A stretch of DNA of 64,000 nt, taken from positions 64,641 through 128,640 of the IMG/VR virus record IMGVR_UViG_3300032317_000216; one strand, 5' to 3'. The notes under the pieces are model-generated. The model searched no databases. It was not told the DNA's origin and saw only the letters and a list, made by a program, of their open reading frames with translations. Below, piece by piece: positions 50,848-59,679 of this stretch; positions within the stretch are counted from its first letter, which is position 1; the number at the start of each line of letters is the position of its first letter. The position numbers were made by a program, and so were the translations under genes. This DNA is from a virus (taxonomy: Duplodnaviria > Caudoviricetes).

Positions 50848-51045
50848 ATGAACATAAACATTAGCACAGATTTAAAGGTAAATAAAAAGGTTGTTGACAC
50901 ACTTAGCGTTGTATTGGACTCAGAGGAGTTAACCAATCTAGTGAAGACCAAGGGGCTGGCTGCTGGCAATCAGGCCATTGACAAATTTGTAGCCAGATAC
51001 ACAGCGGATCTGAAGAAGAAGCTAGCTGCAGCAATCAATCATTAA
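50848..51045 (+). CDS. hypothetical protein
   Basis: ORF following a TAAGTA late-type motif. Confidence 0.5.
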   Translation: MNINISTDLKVNKKVVDTLSVVLDSEELTNLVKTKGLAAGNQAIDKFVARYTADLKKKLAAAINH

Positions 51046-51087
51046 TTTTAACAAAATTGCTGGTTAGTTTACATAAGTAATAATAAC

Positions 51088-52116
51088 ATGGCCACACCTC
51101 CTAATTTTCAAGATCTAGCCAGACAACAGAGAACAGCAACATTCAACAGACTTTCATTTAACAATGTGGTCAATAGCGGCAACCCCACAAGCAATGATGT
51201 GGCTATAGTTGCACCATCCAATGAAGCTGCTCCTATTCAACCTGGGTATACCACCACAATCAGATCAACATATCCCAAAGCTGTATTAGCAGAAGATTTT
51301 GGTAACCGTTGTGCAACGTTCATACAAAGCCTTTGTGGATATGCACCTAGCAGTGTGTTAACAGCTGCATCCATATGCTCTGATGATAAAAACGCCCCCA
51401 TATTTGCAAATAATGATTTTGGTCAATATCCTGTGTCTTTGCAGCAATTTCTTGGACCATTCTTTGCTGGTGGTATTGGTGGCTTCCCTTTCCCTGGCAT
51501 TGTGGGTCTGTTTGCCTACATGAGCCATTATACAAATGCTAATAATGGTGCTCTCTTTATTTACGTACAGCCTCACATTGGCATCACAGCAGATGGTCAA
51601 GTGGGGTTCATGCGCAGAAGAGATCAAGAAGCCTCTCTGGCGCTCTCACAAACTTGTGGTGCTGTAAATGCAGCTCAAGCAAGAGTCGTGGGGCCTTTGA
51701 GTGCTGTAGCACCAACCTTTGGTGCAGGTCAAGAGTTCAGTCAGAATGATTTTCAACAGTATACACTGGTCAACACTCTGTGGAGCAATACATCTGTAAG
51801 AGCAGCACTAACTGGCGCATCCAATGCACAGGGTGGCACATATGCACAGAGAATGGTCATAGCTACTAATGCTATTCTTTCAGCTGCCAACAGCACCATT
51901 GAGCAAATATTACCAGCTGCTTACACTGCACTAAGTGGTGCACTAGGAGCTTCATATAATTTCAAGCCTGATGTGTTTGTGAGCGCTGGCACATTCATCA
52001 ATGTGGATGATGGGTACAAAGCATATGTGGATGTGCAAAGCTTCAAACTGTACAGCGCCAATGGTTCATATACCACCTACACATCTCAATTCACTGCTGG
52101 CTTGCTGCCTTCCTAA
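51088..52116 (+). CDS. LCIB/LCIC-family (theta-type) carbonic anhydrase fused to a conserved N-terminal leader
   Basis: SICSDD, F.GG.GGFPF.G..G..A..SH, PHIGI...G..G...R and TCGA motifs (Cys-His-Cys Zn triad). Confidence 0.82.
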   Translation: MATPPNFQDLARQQRTATFNRLSFNNVVNSGNPTSNDVAIVAPSNEAAPIQPGYTTTIRSTYPKAVLAEDFGNRCATFIQSLCGYAPSSVLTAASICSDDKNAPIFANNDFGQYPVSLQQFLGPFFAGGIGGFPFPGIVGLFAYMSHYTNANNGALFIYVQPHIGITADGQVGFMRRRDQEASLALSQTCGAVNAAQARVVGPLSAVAPTFGAGQEFSQNDFQQYTLVNTLWSNTSVRAALTGASNAQGGTYAQRMVIATNAILSAANSTIEQILPAAYTALSGALGASYNFKPDVFVSAGTFINVDDGYKAYVDVQSFKLYSANGSYTTYTSQFTAGLLPS

Positions 52117-52166
52117 TTTTTTTTTAAAGTCTCTTAAGTAATGGTAAATATAAATAATATTTATAC

Positions 52167-53237
52167 ATGGCTGTTGTACCAAATTTCAGGGATCTGGAGA
52201 GAGTAAGAAGACTGGCCGCTAACAACAGACTGTCTTTTAAACATGTAGTTAATAACGGATCTCCTGTAAGTCAGGGTGCCGCTGTACCTGTCTCGCCACC
52301 TGCACCAGCACCTGTGCCAGAACCAGTATATAATTATGTTATTAGTAATAATGCAGTTATACCTATTGTTAATTTGGAAGTACCAAACTACTTTATTGTT
52401 ACAACAACTGTGGACACATTTAGTGCTGTTTTTGATAATGAAACCTTGGGAATGTTAAATAATTTTGATGTAACTGACTTTGCAAGTTGCAATTTATCTT
52501 TAAACTATGGTACAAGTCTATCAGCTAACAATGAGGTAATTTTTGTAACTCAAAGTGTAACATTATCCAGTATTTCTAATAATTTATATACAATTTATTA
52601 CACCAACACAGGATCACTTATTGTAGGGTTTGCAGCTAGTAATGTTTATATACCACCTATTACAAGTTATCCGCCTGCGCCCACAGCCACACCAACTCCC
52701 ACAGCCACACCCACTATAACTCCCACACCCACTATAACTCCCACACCTACTATAACTCCCACACCCACTATAACTCCTACACCTGTACCTCCCACAGCTA
52801 CTCCAACCCCTACACCCACACGCACACCTGTACCTCCCACAGCCACACCAACTCCCACTACAACCAGAACACCCACACCCACGCCTACACCTACTTTTAC
52901 ACCCACAATCACTCCAACACCTACTATAACTAATACACCCACGCCCACACCTACTATAACTAACACACCTACACCCACAGCAACCAGAACACCCACACCC
53001 ACACCTACAATAACACTGACTCCAACACCTACCATCACACCCACGCCCACACCTACAATAACACTGACTCCAACACCTACCATCACACCCACGCCCACTG
53101 CAACTGGTCAACCCACATTTACACCCACGCCCACACCTACCATCACCAGAACACCCACACCTACACCTACTATAACCCCTGCTCCTACTATTACACCTAC
53201 TCCTCTTATAGGTTCCATTTTTAATTTAATATCATAA
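52167..53237 (+). CDS. conserved-leader protein with long Thr-Pro (mucin-like) tail
   Basis: Shared leader; ~170 aa of PT/TPT repeats; TATAAATA upstream. Confidence 0.75.
   Translation: MAVVPNFRDLERVRRLAANNRLSFKHVVNNGSPVSQGAAVPVSPPAPAPVPEPVYNYVISNNAVIPIVNLEVPNYFIVTTTVDTFSAVFDNETLGMLNNFDVTDFASCNLSLNYGTSLSANNEVIFVTQSVTLSSISNNLYTIYYTNTGSLIVGFAASNVYIPPITSYPPAPTATPTPTATPTITPTPTITPTPTITPTPTITPTPVPPTATPTPTPTRTPVPPTATPTPTTTRTPTPTPTPTFTPTITPTPTITNTPTPTPTITNTPTPTATRTPTPTPTITLTPTPTITPTPTPTITLTPTPTITPTPTATGQPTFTPTPTPTITRTPTPTPTITPAPTITPTPLIGSIFNLIS
52672..53204 (+). repeat. degenerate Thr-Pro coding repeat (e.g. ACTCCCACACCCACTATA units)
   Basis: Direct reading of DNA and translation. Confidence 0.9.
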
Positions 53238-53247
53238 ATATTTTAAC

Positions 53248-55206
53248 ATGAAAAAAATATACATCATAACATGTGACAGTGAGGAAAAAATTGATGCGAT
53301 TATAAATCAATTGATTACTCCTGGAGTTGCTCCTGCAGGTACAGAAAACACTGAGCTGCTTGATTTTACAGACATACATGATTACATGCCATATTCAAAT
53401 TTTTCAATTCAGGTGGAAATGACATCTGAAGCAGCAGATGCACTAAGGCAACATCCATTAGTTTTTAGTGTAGAAGAAAAATCTGATGCATTGGCAAAAT
53501 TGCATTACATGGGTCAAAACAGAACCCTCAACCCAGTATACAGCTCCTCGGATAATTTCAGTCACGATAATTGGGGACTGGCACGGTGTTCTAGTTTATC
53601 GGGATCTCTTCCCTTTAATTGCAACTTTACATATACAAAAACAGGTTCTGGTGTGGATGTGGTAATTATTGATTCTGGCATAAAATTCGATCATCCAGAA
53701 TGGAGAGATAGCAATGGCAATTCCAGATTGCAACAAATTAACTGGACCTTGTATAACCCTGTGACAGCTAGCACAACACAAACAGTCACAGTACCTGCAG
53801 GAACAGGAGGAGGGTATTATATCAATGGTGTGGCAAGAGACACAGTTTATGTTATCACTGACAAAGTGCAGCCCACCACACAAAGAAGAACCACGGTATA
53901 TAATTTTGTGCTGGATGGCTCCACTGCATCTCACCCGTTTTTTATTGGATCAGCAGTGAACGTTCCTTTCAATGCTAACAGAGTATCCAACAATGGTGGC
54001 ACAACTGGTACTGTTTCATTAACTGTGTTTCCCCTCAACAATGCATTGTCCACTGGTCAGAATACCATGTATTATTGGTGTGGTTCACATGCTGGCATGG
54101 GAGGTGTGATCACCAGAACCAGCTACAATACACAAGCTGATAATCAATATTTTTACAGTGATGCAAATGGACATGGAACTCACTGCACTGGGACTGTGGC
54201 AGGCTCTTCATTTGGTTGGGCCACAGATGCAAACATATACAGCATGCATTTAAATTTTGATGATGCATATGGGTTTGGCACTGGCACATCTGGTCTCATA
54301 GAAGCATATGGGTTGTTACTAAACTGGCACAACACAAAACTACAATCTGTTGCATTATCCAGCAGGCCCACAGTTACAAACAACAGCTATGGATGGGATC
54401 CAGGTGTATTGCATGACTCTGTGAATCAACAAGTCAAAGCTTTAACTGATGCAAAAATACATTTTGTGCATTCAGCAGGCAATGATGGCGTGCTCATTAC
54501 TGTGCCCTCTGATCCTCTGTACGACACCATAAGAAATGGATATTACTGCAGAGAGCCTTCACCATGTTACCCTTCCACTCAATGGACTGTGCAAGCCAAC
54601 AACCCTGTCATATGTGTGGGTGCCACCGGGTCCTATTCTGTCAATGGAAGCTTAACAGGAGCTCCATACAATTATGCAGTACTCAACAATGAAACTTTGA
54701 AAGCAGAGTATTCCAATTATGGCAAGGGGGTCAGCATCTATGCACCAGGCACATACATAAACAGTGCACTACCTACTACATCGCAAGCAACATACTTGAA
54801 TGGAGCATTGGGTGCATATGGGTGTGGCAAATACAGCGGCACTTCCATGGCTGGTCCTCAAGTGGCAGGCATTCTGGCCACCATGCTGCAAGACATGCCA
54901 CACATAACACCATTGAGCGCCAAACAGCGGCTCCTGGACTTCAGCTATCTAGGGTCCATAAGTGCAACCAACAGTTTTGTGGCATACCGAGGCACCAATG
55001 CATATGCACTGAGTGGTGGTGCAAATGCTGTGGTGTCTCAGTACCCTCCCAAGAAGATCATAGTACCTCAAACAGCTTTTAATTTTTTAACATTCAATGG
55101 ATTGAATTATAGCAACAGCACTGCAACTGTAAGGTTGAGCAACATCATATTGGACTCCACAGTGACTGCTGTCAATTCATCTGGCAACATGACATACACA
55201 AATTAA
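53248..55206 (+). CDS. subtilisin-like S8 serine protease with inserted cupredoxin-like domain
   Basis: Catalytic IIDSG, HGTHCTG, SAGN and SGTSMAGP; insert contains SHPFFI and YYWCGSHAGMGG. Confidence 0.88.
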   Translation: MKKIYIITCDSEEKIDAIINQLITPGVAPAGTENTELLDFTDIHDYMPYSNFSIQVEMTSEAADALRQHPLVFSVEEKSDALAKLHYMGQNRTLNPVYSSSDNFSHDNWGLARCSSLSGSLPFNCNFTYTKTGSGVDVVIIDSGIKFDHPEWRDSNGNSRLQQINWTLYNPVTASTTQTVTVPAGTGGGYYINGVARDTVYVITDKVQPTTQRRTTVYNFVLDGSTASHPFFIGSAVNVPFNANRVSNNGGTTGTVSLTVFPLNNALSTGQNTMYYWCGSHAGMGGVITRTSYNTQADNQYFYSDANGHGTHCTGTVAGSSFGWATDANIYSMHLNFDDAYGFGTGTSGLIEAYGLLLNWHNTKLQSVALSSRPTVTNNSYGWDPGVLHDSVNQQVKALTDAKIHFVHSAGNDGVLITVPSDPLYDTIRNGYYCREPSPCYPSTQWTVQANNPVICVGATGSYSVNGSLTGAPYNYAVLNNETLKAEYSNYGKGVSIYAPGTYINSALPTTSQATYLNGALGAYGCGKYSGTSMAGPQVAGILATMLQDMPHITPLSAKQRLLDFSYLGSISATNSFVAYRGTNAYALSGGANAVVSQYPPKKIIVPQTAFNFLTFNGLNYSNSTATVRLSNIILDSTVTAVNSSGNMTYTN

Positions 55207-55208
55207 CT

Positions 55209-55778
55209 GTGCAACAGGTGACACACATGACCGACAAATTGACTGTGGTGGTGTCCAGATACAATGAAGATACACAATGGCTGAACAACATTCAAGGCCA
55301 CAAAATCATCTTCAACAAAGGCAATAAGATAGCAGACAATTGCATTGCATTGCCAAACATTGGCAGAGAAACACACACTTTATGTCACTACTTGTACAAT
55401 TTTTATGATGAACTGAATGATTACACTTTGTTTCTGCAAGGCAACCCATTTGAACACATGCATTGTGTGAATGATTTGTATGCATTCATTGAACACTTTG
55501 AAACAGCAGATGAAGTCATGGGATTGGGCATTTACATGTCTGATGCATATCATCTCAATTCCATAAAGAAAATAGAAGATTATTTGAACATTGACAAGAA
55601 AACCAACATGTTTTATACCAATTCACAATATTTGATACCCAGAAAAAATATTGTGAAGAGAAACAGGGAATTTTATAAAAAATTACTGGAGCTGCATTAC
55701 GCTGATGTTGCTGATGTGGTCATACCAGATGTTCCTTGGGTTCTGGAAAGAATGTGGTGGAACATGTTCAAAAATTAA
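55209..55778 (+). CDS. DUF3431-like protein
   Basis: VVSRYNED..WL, LPNIGRETHT, FLQGNPFEH and LERMW motifs. Confidence 0.75.
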   Translation: MQQVTHMTDKLTVVVSRYNEDTQWLNNIQGHKIIFNKGNKIADNCIALPNIGRETHTLCHYLYNFYDELNDYTLFLQGNPFEHMHCVNDLYAFIEHFETADEVMGLGIYMSDAYHLNSIKKIEDYLNIDKKTNMFYTNSQYLIPRKNIVKRNREFYKKLLELHYADVADVVIPDVPWVLERMWWNMFKN

Positions 55779-55807
55779 TGCATTGAATTTTTTTTCGGCC
55801 TTCCAGG

Positions 55808-55995
55808 GTTCCCCTTACTCCACAGCAGCGTAGCCGCCCCTGGCACCGCCCAGATATATGGTTCTCAGAACATAAGTAATAAGAGACATGGCTACACCTC
55901 CTAATTTTTCAGACTTAGCAAGGAAACAGAGATTAGCTGTTAACAATAGGCTATCTTTTAATAGGGTGGTTAACAACGGATCCCCTGCAAGCCAA
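55808..55995 (+). repeat. copy 1 of duplicated GC-rich upstream element + promoter + leader cassette
   Basis: Near-identical to 59680-59761 over ~80 bp (gccgcccctggcaccgcccagat ... cagaacataagtaataagag.catggc), continuing into the leader codons. Confidence 0.9.
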
Positions 55996-56355
55996 GGCGA
56001 TAGTATACCTGCAACACCACCAGCATCAGTTCCAGGGCCAGTAGTTGATAATGCTCCCTATGTTGCTCAGTACATACCAAATGTACAACAAGGACAAACA
56101 GTTAATATTGGCAATGAATCAACAGTGGTTTCTACACAATTGGGTGTGAACAATCACACTATTATAAAAGACGGTGTGAACATAAATATTAAAAAAATAT
56201 ACGATGCAAACGCAAATTATCTTGAAGTTACCATGAGCGATACAGGATTAACATATCGGGTAAATTTTAATGAAACAACATTTCTACCAATCAATGGTGT
56301 TGAAACAAAGATGGTGTTCACAGATTTATTAGCGGAAGGTAGCATATGGGAATAG
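55888..56355 (+). CDS. conserved-leader hypothetical protein
   Basis: MATPPNFSDLARKQRLAVNNRLSFNRVVNNGSP leader. Confidence 0.75.
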   Translation: MATPPNFSDLARKQRLAVNNRLSFNRVVNNGSPASQGDSIPATPPASVPGPVVDNAPYVAQYIPNVQQGQTVNIGNESTVVSTQLGVNNHTIIKDGVNINIKKIYDANANYLEVTMSDTGLTYRVNFNETTFLPINGVETKMVFTDLLAEGSIWE

Positions 56356-56591
56356 CATCATGGTGGGGTGGGGATGAAGACGGCGATTTAAACCCCCCTA
56401 CTCCTGGCTGTGACTACTGGGCAGGTAGAACAAGGTATGATAAATTATGTGGTAAAAATGAGTACAAATGTCCAGGTGAACAAAACAAAAAAGATAATCC
56501 TGCAAATGAAGATTGTCCAGAATGTACTAAGAAAAAGGCAAAGCCTATATATGAAGGAAATATATGTTGCATGTGTTACACTTGTGAGTGA
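56346..56591 (+). CDS. small Cys-rich protein
   Basis: Nine Cys in 81 aa; overlaps the upstream stop codon. Confidence 0.45.
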   Translation: MGIASWWGGDEDGDLNPPTPGCDYWAGRTRYDKLCGKNEYKCPGEQNKKDNPANEDCPECTKKKAKPIYEGNICCMCYTCE

Positions 56592-56611
56592 AAATAAAGA
56601 GGTTATAGAAT

Positions 56612-58822
56612 ATGCCAAGTTATTATTTTAAAATTCCAGCTCTTATAAAAACGAATTACGGTGTAATTAATTACAATCGCTTAAATCTTACTGTCGCTTC
56701 AACACTAACTTCTTCAACTGGATTGACAGCCAGTACTTGGTACGACACTGATAGAATTCAATATCAGCTTAATCCCACTCTATCTGCAGGTCAAGTTGCT
56801 AAGGTGCTGCCTGCTGCATTTCCGTTTGTCACATCAGCTTATAACATTTCACTTGGTTTACCAGGTCTTAAAGTAAGCGCTAAAAGAAACAAGATACCCA
56901 TAACTTTTTATAATAGCAGTACCAGAACATATACTTACAGTGGATCACCCGATTTCAATTATTTTTACCCTTCATTAAGAACTCGCGTATTTTATAAAAA
57001 TATACCCAAAGATGTTACCATTACATCAATCAATTCAAGTGCAAAAACATTTCGTACATCTACTGATGCATGGAAGTATAATATAGCTAGCAATAATTTC
57101 TTTAATAATGATTTTTATGCTCTTGACCAAACAGTAGAAGCTACAGATGACACTGCAGGTACCTGGAAACTATTTCCATACTATAGAGTTGATGCGCTAG
57201 AAAAAAACACTCTCAATAAGTTCTATAAAAGAATATTGCAATCCCCTGTTATAGGTGTCAAGCGGGACACTACTTACAATCAAACTGCTTCATTTACTGT
57301 GCCTTTTGCATTATATTATAAGATAGATTATTATGTTGATAGATTTTTTATACCAACCACAGAAGAACAACGACGATCCAATCAAAGCAATCCTGCTGGC
57401 AGATTGATTTACGATAAAAGTGTTTCATTTATTGATTATAAACTCATAACTGTGCCATTGTCAACAGCAAATGTTTCTCTATCATCTTATAAAACAGTAT
57501 TATTACAATCTCAAACACCACCATTAGTGAACAGTGACATAAGAATTAACAGTAATTACATATTTAGCAACAATCAAGCATCAAGCTCTTCTATTGAATC
57601 AATTAATTGCTCTAGATATAATGATTTATCTGGCTCAAGCATTGATCATAAATTTATTACTCAGAAGATATACCCACTATCTGCAACTAATACAGGTATT
57701 AAGCACATATCTGCAGGCCCAGCTTTAAGCGCTTGGGGTGGATTTGATGCATCAGATGATCATGTAATTGTTTCAGATACCTTTAAGAATGAATTGCATA
57801 TCTATAGAATAGATAATACAACTAATGAGCCATTTTATGCTAATATTGTACCTCACACAATAGTAAAACCAGCATCATCTGTAAGAGGAATGCTCCAGAC
57901 ATCAATTTCAGGGTACGGCAGAAATTTGATCATTGATTCAAGATACAAGCGCAAAAATACACTTGACGTGGTGGCTAATAGTTATGTTGCAACTGTGAGT
58001 GGTAAGCGAACCAATGCAATTGAAGTTGCCACTCTATCTATTGCCAACAGTGCATATCAAAGAGAATTTCATATATTTGACTTTGAATATCCTCATTTAA
58101 GCTCCAATGCTGTGAGCGCAAATGAAATATCAAACATGTGCTTAATGTTAGACAATGAATCAATCACTGTATATACATCTTTAGTAGTAATAAGGCCCGG
58201 TGTTATATATAATGGTAATAAAGGCATAGTTGAAGTGTATGGTTGCAGTGCCAACACACCCATTAAATTATACAAAATAATAACTATTGCTGATACAAGC
58301 TTGAGTGCTGTGTCTGCAGCTGTTATAACAAACATTTGCACTGGTGAATTAGGAACATTTTGTTTTACAGTTTCATCCCCTTCAAATGCATGTGTTGAAG
58401 TTTATGATATTGATGCGCGTTCAACAGCCACATCAGCTGCATCCTTGACTGCTTTAAGTGGGGCGAAAACAACATTTGCATTTGAGTTATCAGCAGATAG
58501 AAAAGCATCTGTTTACAATTATGAAAATACAGATAATAGTTTTGGAAAAGCTATTTATTTTGATAATGCATTGGGATATGATCCATTCTTTGAAAACCAA
58601 ATTCTCAACACAAACCGTCTGTATGTACAGAATAATAATAAGACATTTATTTTTGAAGAGTTTCAAAATAAATTCATACCTCTTAACACAGTATCAGGCA
58701 ATTTTAATTCAATACGTGCGTACTTTAATGTGTTTTGCTCTCTTTCCACAGTAGCTACTAACTCACAGATATCTAAACATACAAATGTAAATTTATTATC
58801 TTCTTTTGAGTTGAAACAATAA
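56612..58822 (+). CDS. large hypothetical (probably virion) protein
   Basis: 736-aa Ser/Thr/Asn-rich ORF with LSA motifs like other structural proteins in this window. Confidence 0.6.
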   Translation: MPSYYFKIPALIKTNYGVINYNRLNLTVASTLTSSTGLTASTWYDTDRIQYQLNPTLSAGQVAKVLPAAFPFVTSAYNISLGLPGLKVSAKRNKIPITFYNSSTRTYTYSGSPDFNYFYPSLRTRVFYKNIPKDVTITSINSSAKTFRTSTDAWKYNIASNNFFNNDFYALDQTVEATDDTAGTWKLFPYYRVDALEKNTLNKFYKRILQSPVIGVKRDTTYNQTASFTVPFALYYKIDYYVDRFFIPTTEEQRRSNQSNPAGRLIYDKSVSFIDYKLITVPLSTANVSLSSYKTVLLQSQTPPLVNSDIRINSNYIFSNNQASSSSIESINCSRYNDLSGSSIDHKFITQKIYPLSATNTGIKHISAGPALSAWGGFDASDDHVIVSDTFKNELHIYRIDNTTNEPFYANIVPHTIVKPASSVRGMLQTSISGYGRNLIIDSRYKRKNTLDVVANSYVATVSGKRTNAIEVATLSIANSAYQREFHIFDFEYPHLSSNAVSANEISNMCLMLDNESITVYTSLVVIRPGVIYNGNKGIVEVYGCSANTPIKLYKIITIADTSLSAVSAAVITNICTGELGTFCFTVSSPSNACVEVYDIDARSTATSAASLTALSGAKTTFAFELSADRKASVYNYENTDNSFGKAIYFDNALGYDPFFENQILNTNRLYVQNNNKTFIFEEFQNKFIPLNTVSGNFNSIRAYFNVFCSLSTVATNSQISKHTNVNLLSSFELKQ

Positions 58823-59133
58823 TTACAGTTCTTTCTGATTACGATGGGGCAGTATACCCTTAGTTGATTTATATCACTTCTAGTTCTTACGCAACTTGTT
58901 CATCTGAACGTGTTTACGCATGATAGTCATTTGTAGCTACTGTCACCAGTAGGATCGGACTATATCTTCACCTGTTAAGGTGCCGGGGGCTCTGGCTGGT
59001 TATTAAGGCTTCCTGTGCCTCCAGTAGTCTCTACACCTTCATGAAAAGCGTTTCATGCTTGGCTCGGTATTTTCTCTTTTGAGGTTTCCACCGAATTCAC
59101 CCAGTCTCGTAATTAGAAAGAACTGTAATTATT
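58818..59133 (-). ncRNA. group I intron ribozyme, apparently circularly permuted (opened in L2)
   Basis: Minus strand contains P3 CUGGGUG/CCCCCGG, P4 UUCGGU/ACCGAG, P5, P6/P6a, P7 GAGACUA/UAGUCC, P7.1, P8 CACCU/AGGUG, J8/7 AAGAUA and P9 with GUGA loop; P1 and the 5' strand of P2 lie downstream of P9; 27-bp terminal stem. Confidence 0.85.
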
Positions 59134-59232
59134 TATTGCCATTATGCATTTAATCTGAATAATGCATTGATTTTTTTGAGCAGCTGCATGATTTACATAT
59201 GGAACCAGGTTATTCATTGGATAATTAATGTT

Positions 59233-59652
59233 ATGAACGCCTTAAATTCAAACAACATCATTGGTGTAACAACCAAATTAATCATTGATTCAGATGCATT
59301 TGCACTTGAGCTCAAGAACCAACATGTTGAAATTTATCTGGACATAGAATCTTATCAAAAAGACATACACTGCAGCTGCAAAAAAAGAATAGAAAAGTAC
59401 ATCTCCAGAAATAAAAAAGCAATCAAACAGTTTGTCACTAGCTTCTACAACAGCAACATCAAATTGCAAGCCACTATAAACCGCGTCATCAAGCAAAATA
59501 CCTATGTTTCGCTCAGAGGCAAGGTGGCCACAATCCACAACTCTGATAAAGCTTGGGAGAAGTTCTATCGCAAAATGGTCGCCGACAATTGTTATTTCAG
59601 AGGATATTCAGTGGTTGCAGCTGGCAATGAGCTAAAAATATACTTTGTATGA
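59233..59652 (+). CDS. hypothetical protein (CSC motif), paralog of 49636..50064
   Basis: DIESY...HCSC, GKVATI and FRGYSV...LKIYFV. Confidence 0.6.
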   Translation: MNALNSNNIIGVTTKLIIDSDAFALELKNQHVEIYLDIESYQKDIHCSCKKRIEKYISRNKKAIKQFVTSFYNSNIKLQATINRVIKQNTYVSLRGKVATIHNSDKAWEKFYRKMVADNCYFRGYSVVAAGNELKIYFV

Positions 59653-59679
59653 ACAGTTAACAGTTCTTGCATTATTTGA

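Noticed and set aside
52614-53111. Minus-strand Cys/Gly-rich and Val/Gly-rich ORFs (52614..53111, 52667..53098)
   Set aside because: Antisense shadows of the Thr-Pro repeat.
52672-53204. Possible CRISPR array
   Set aside because: The repeats are degenerate in-frame codon repeats without unique spacers, and no cas genes are present.
58818-59133. MITE/transposon interpretation of the 27-bp terminal inverted repeats
   Set aside because: The interior is a complete group I ribozyme core and the arms fall exactly where P2 belongs; there is no convincing target-site duplication and no transposase in the window.
58818-59133. Conventional group I intron interrupting a gene or tRNA
   Set aside because: Both flanking ORFs are on the opposite strand and complete; I found no upstream P1/5' exon and no split minus-strand gene.
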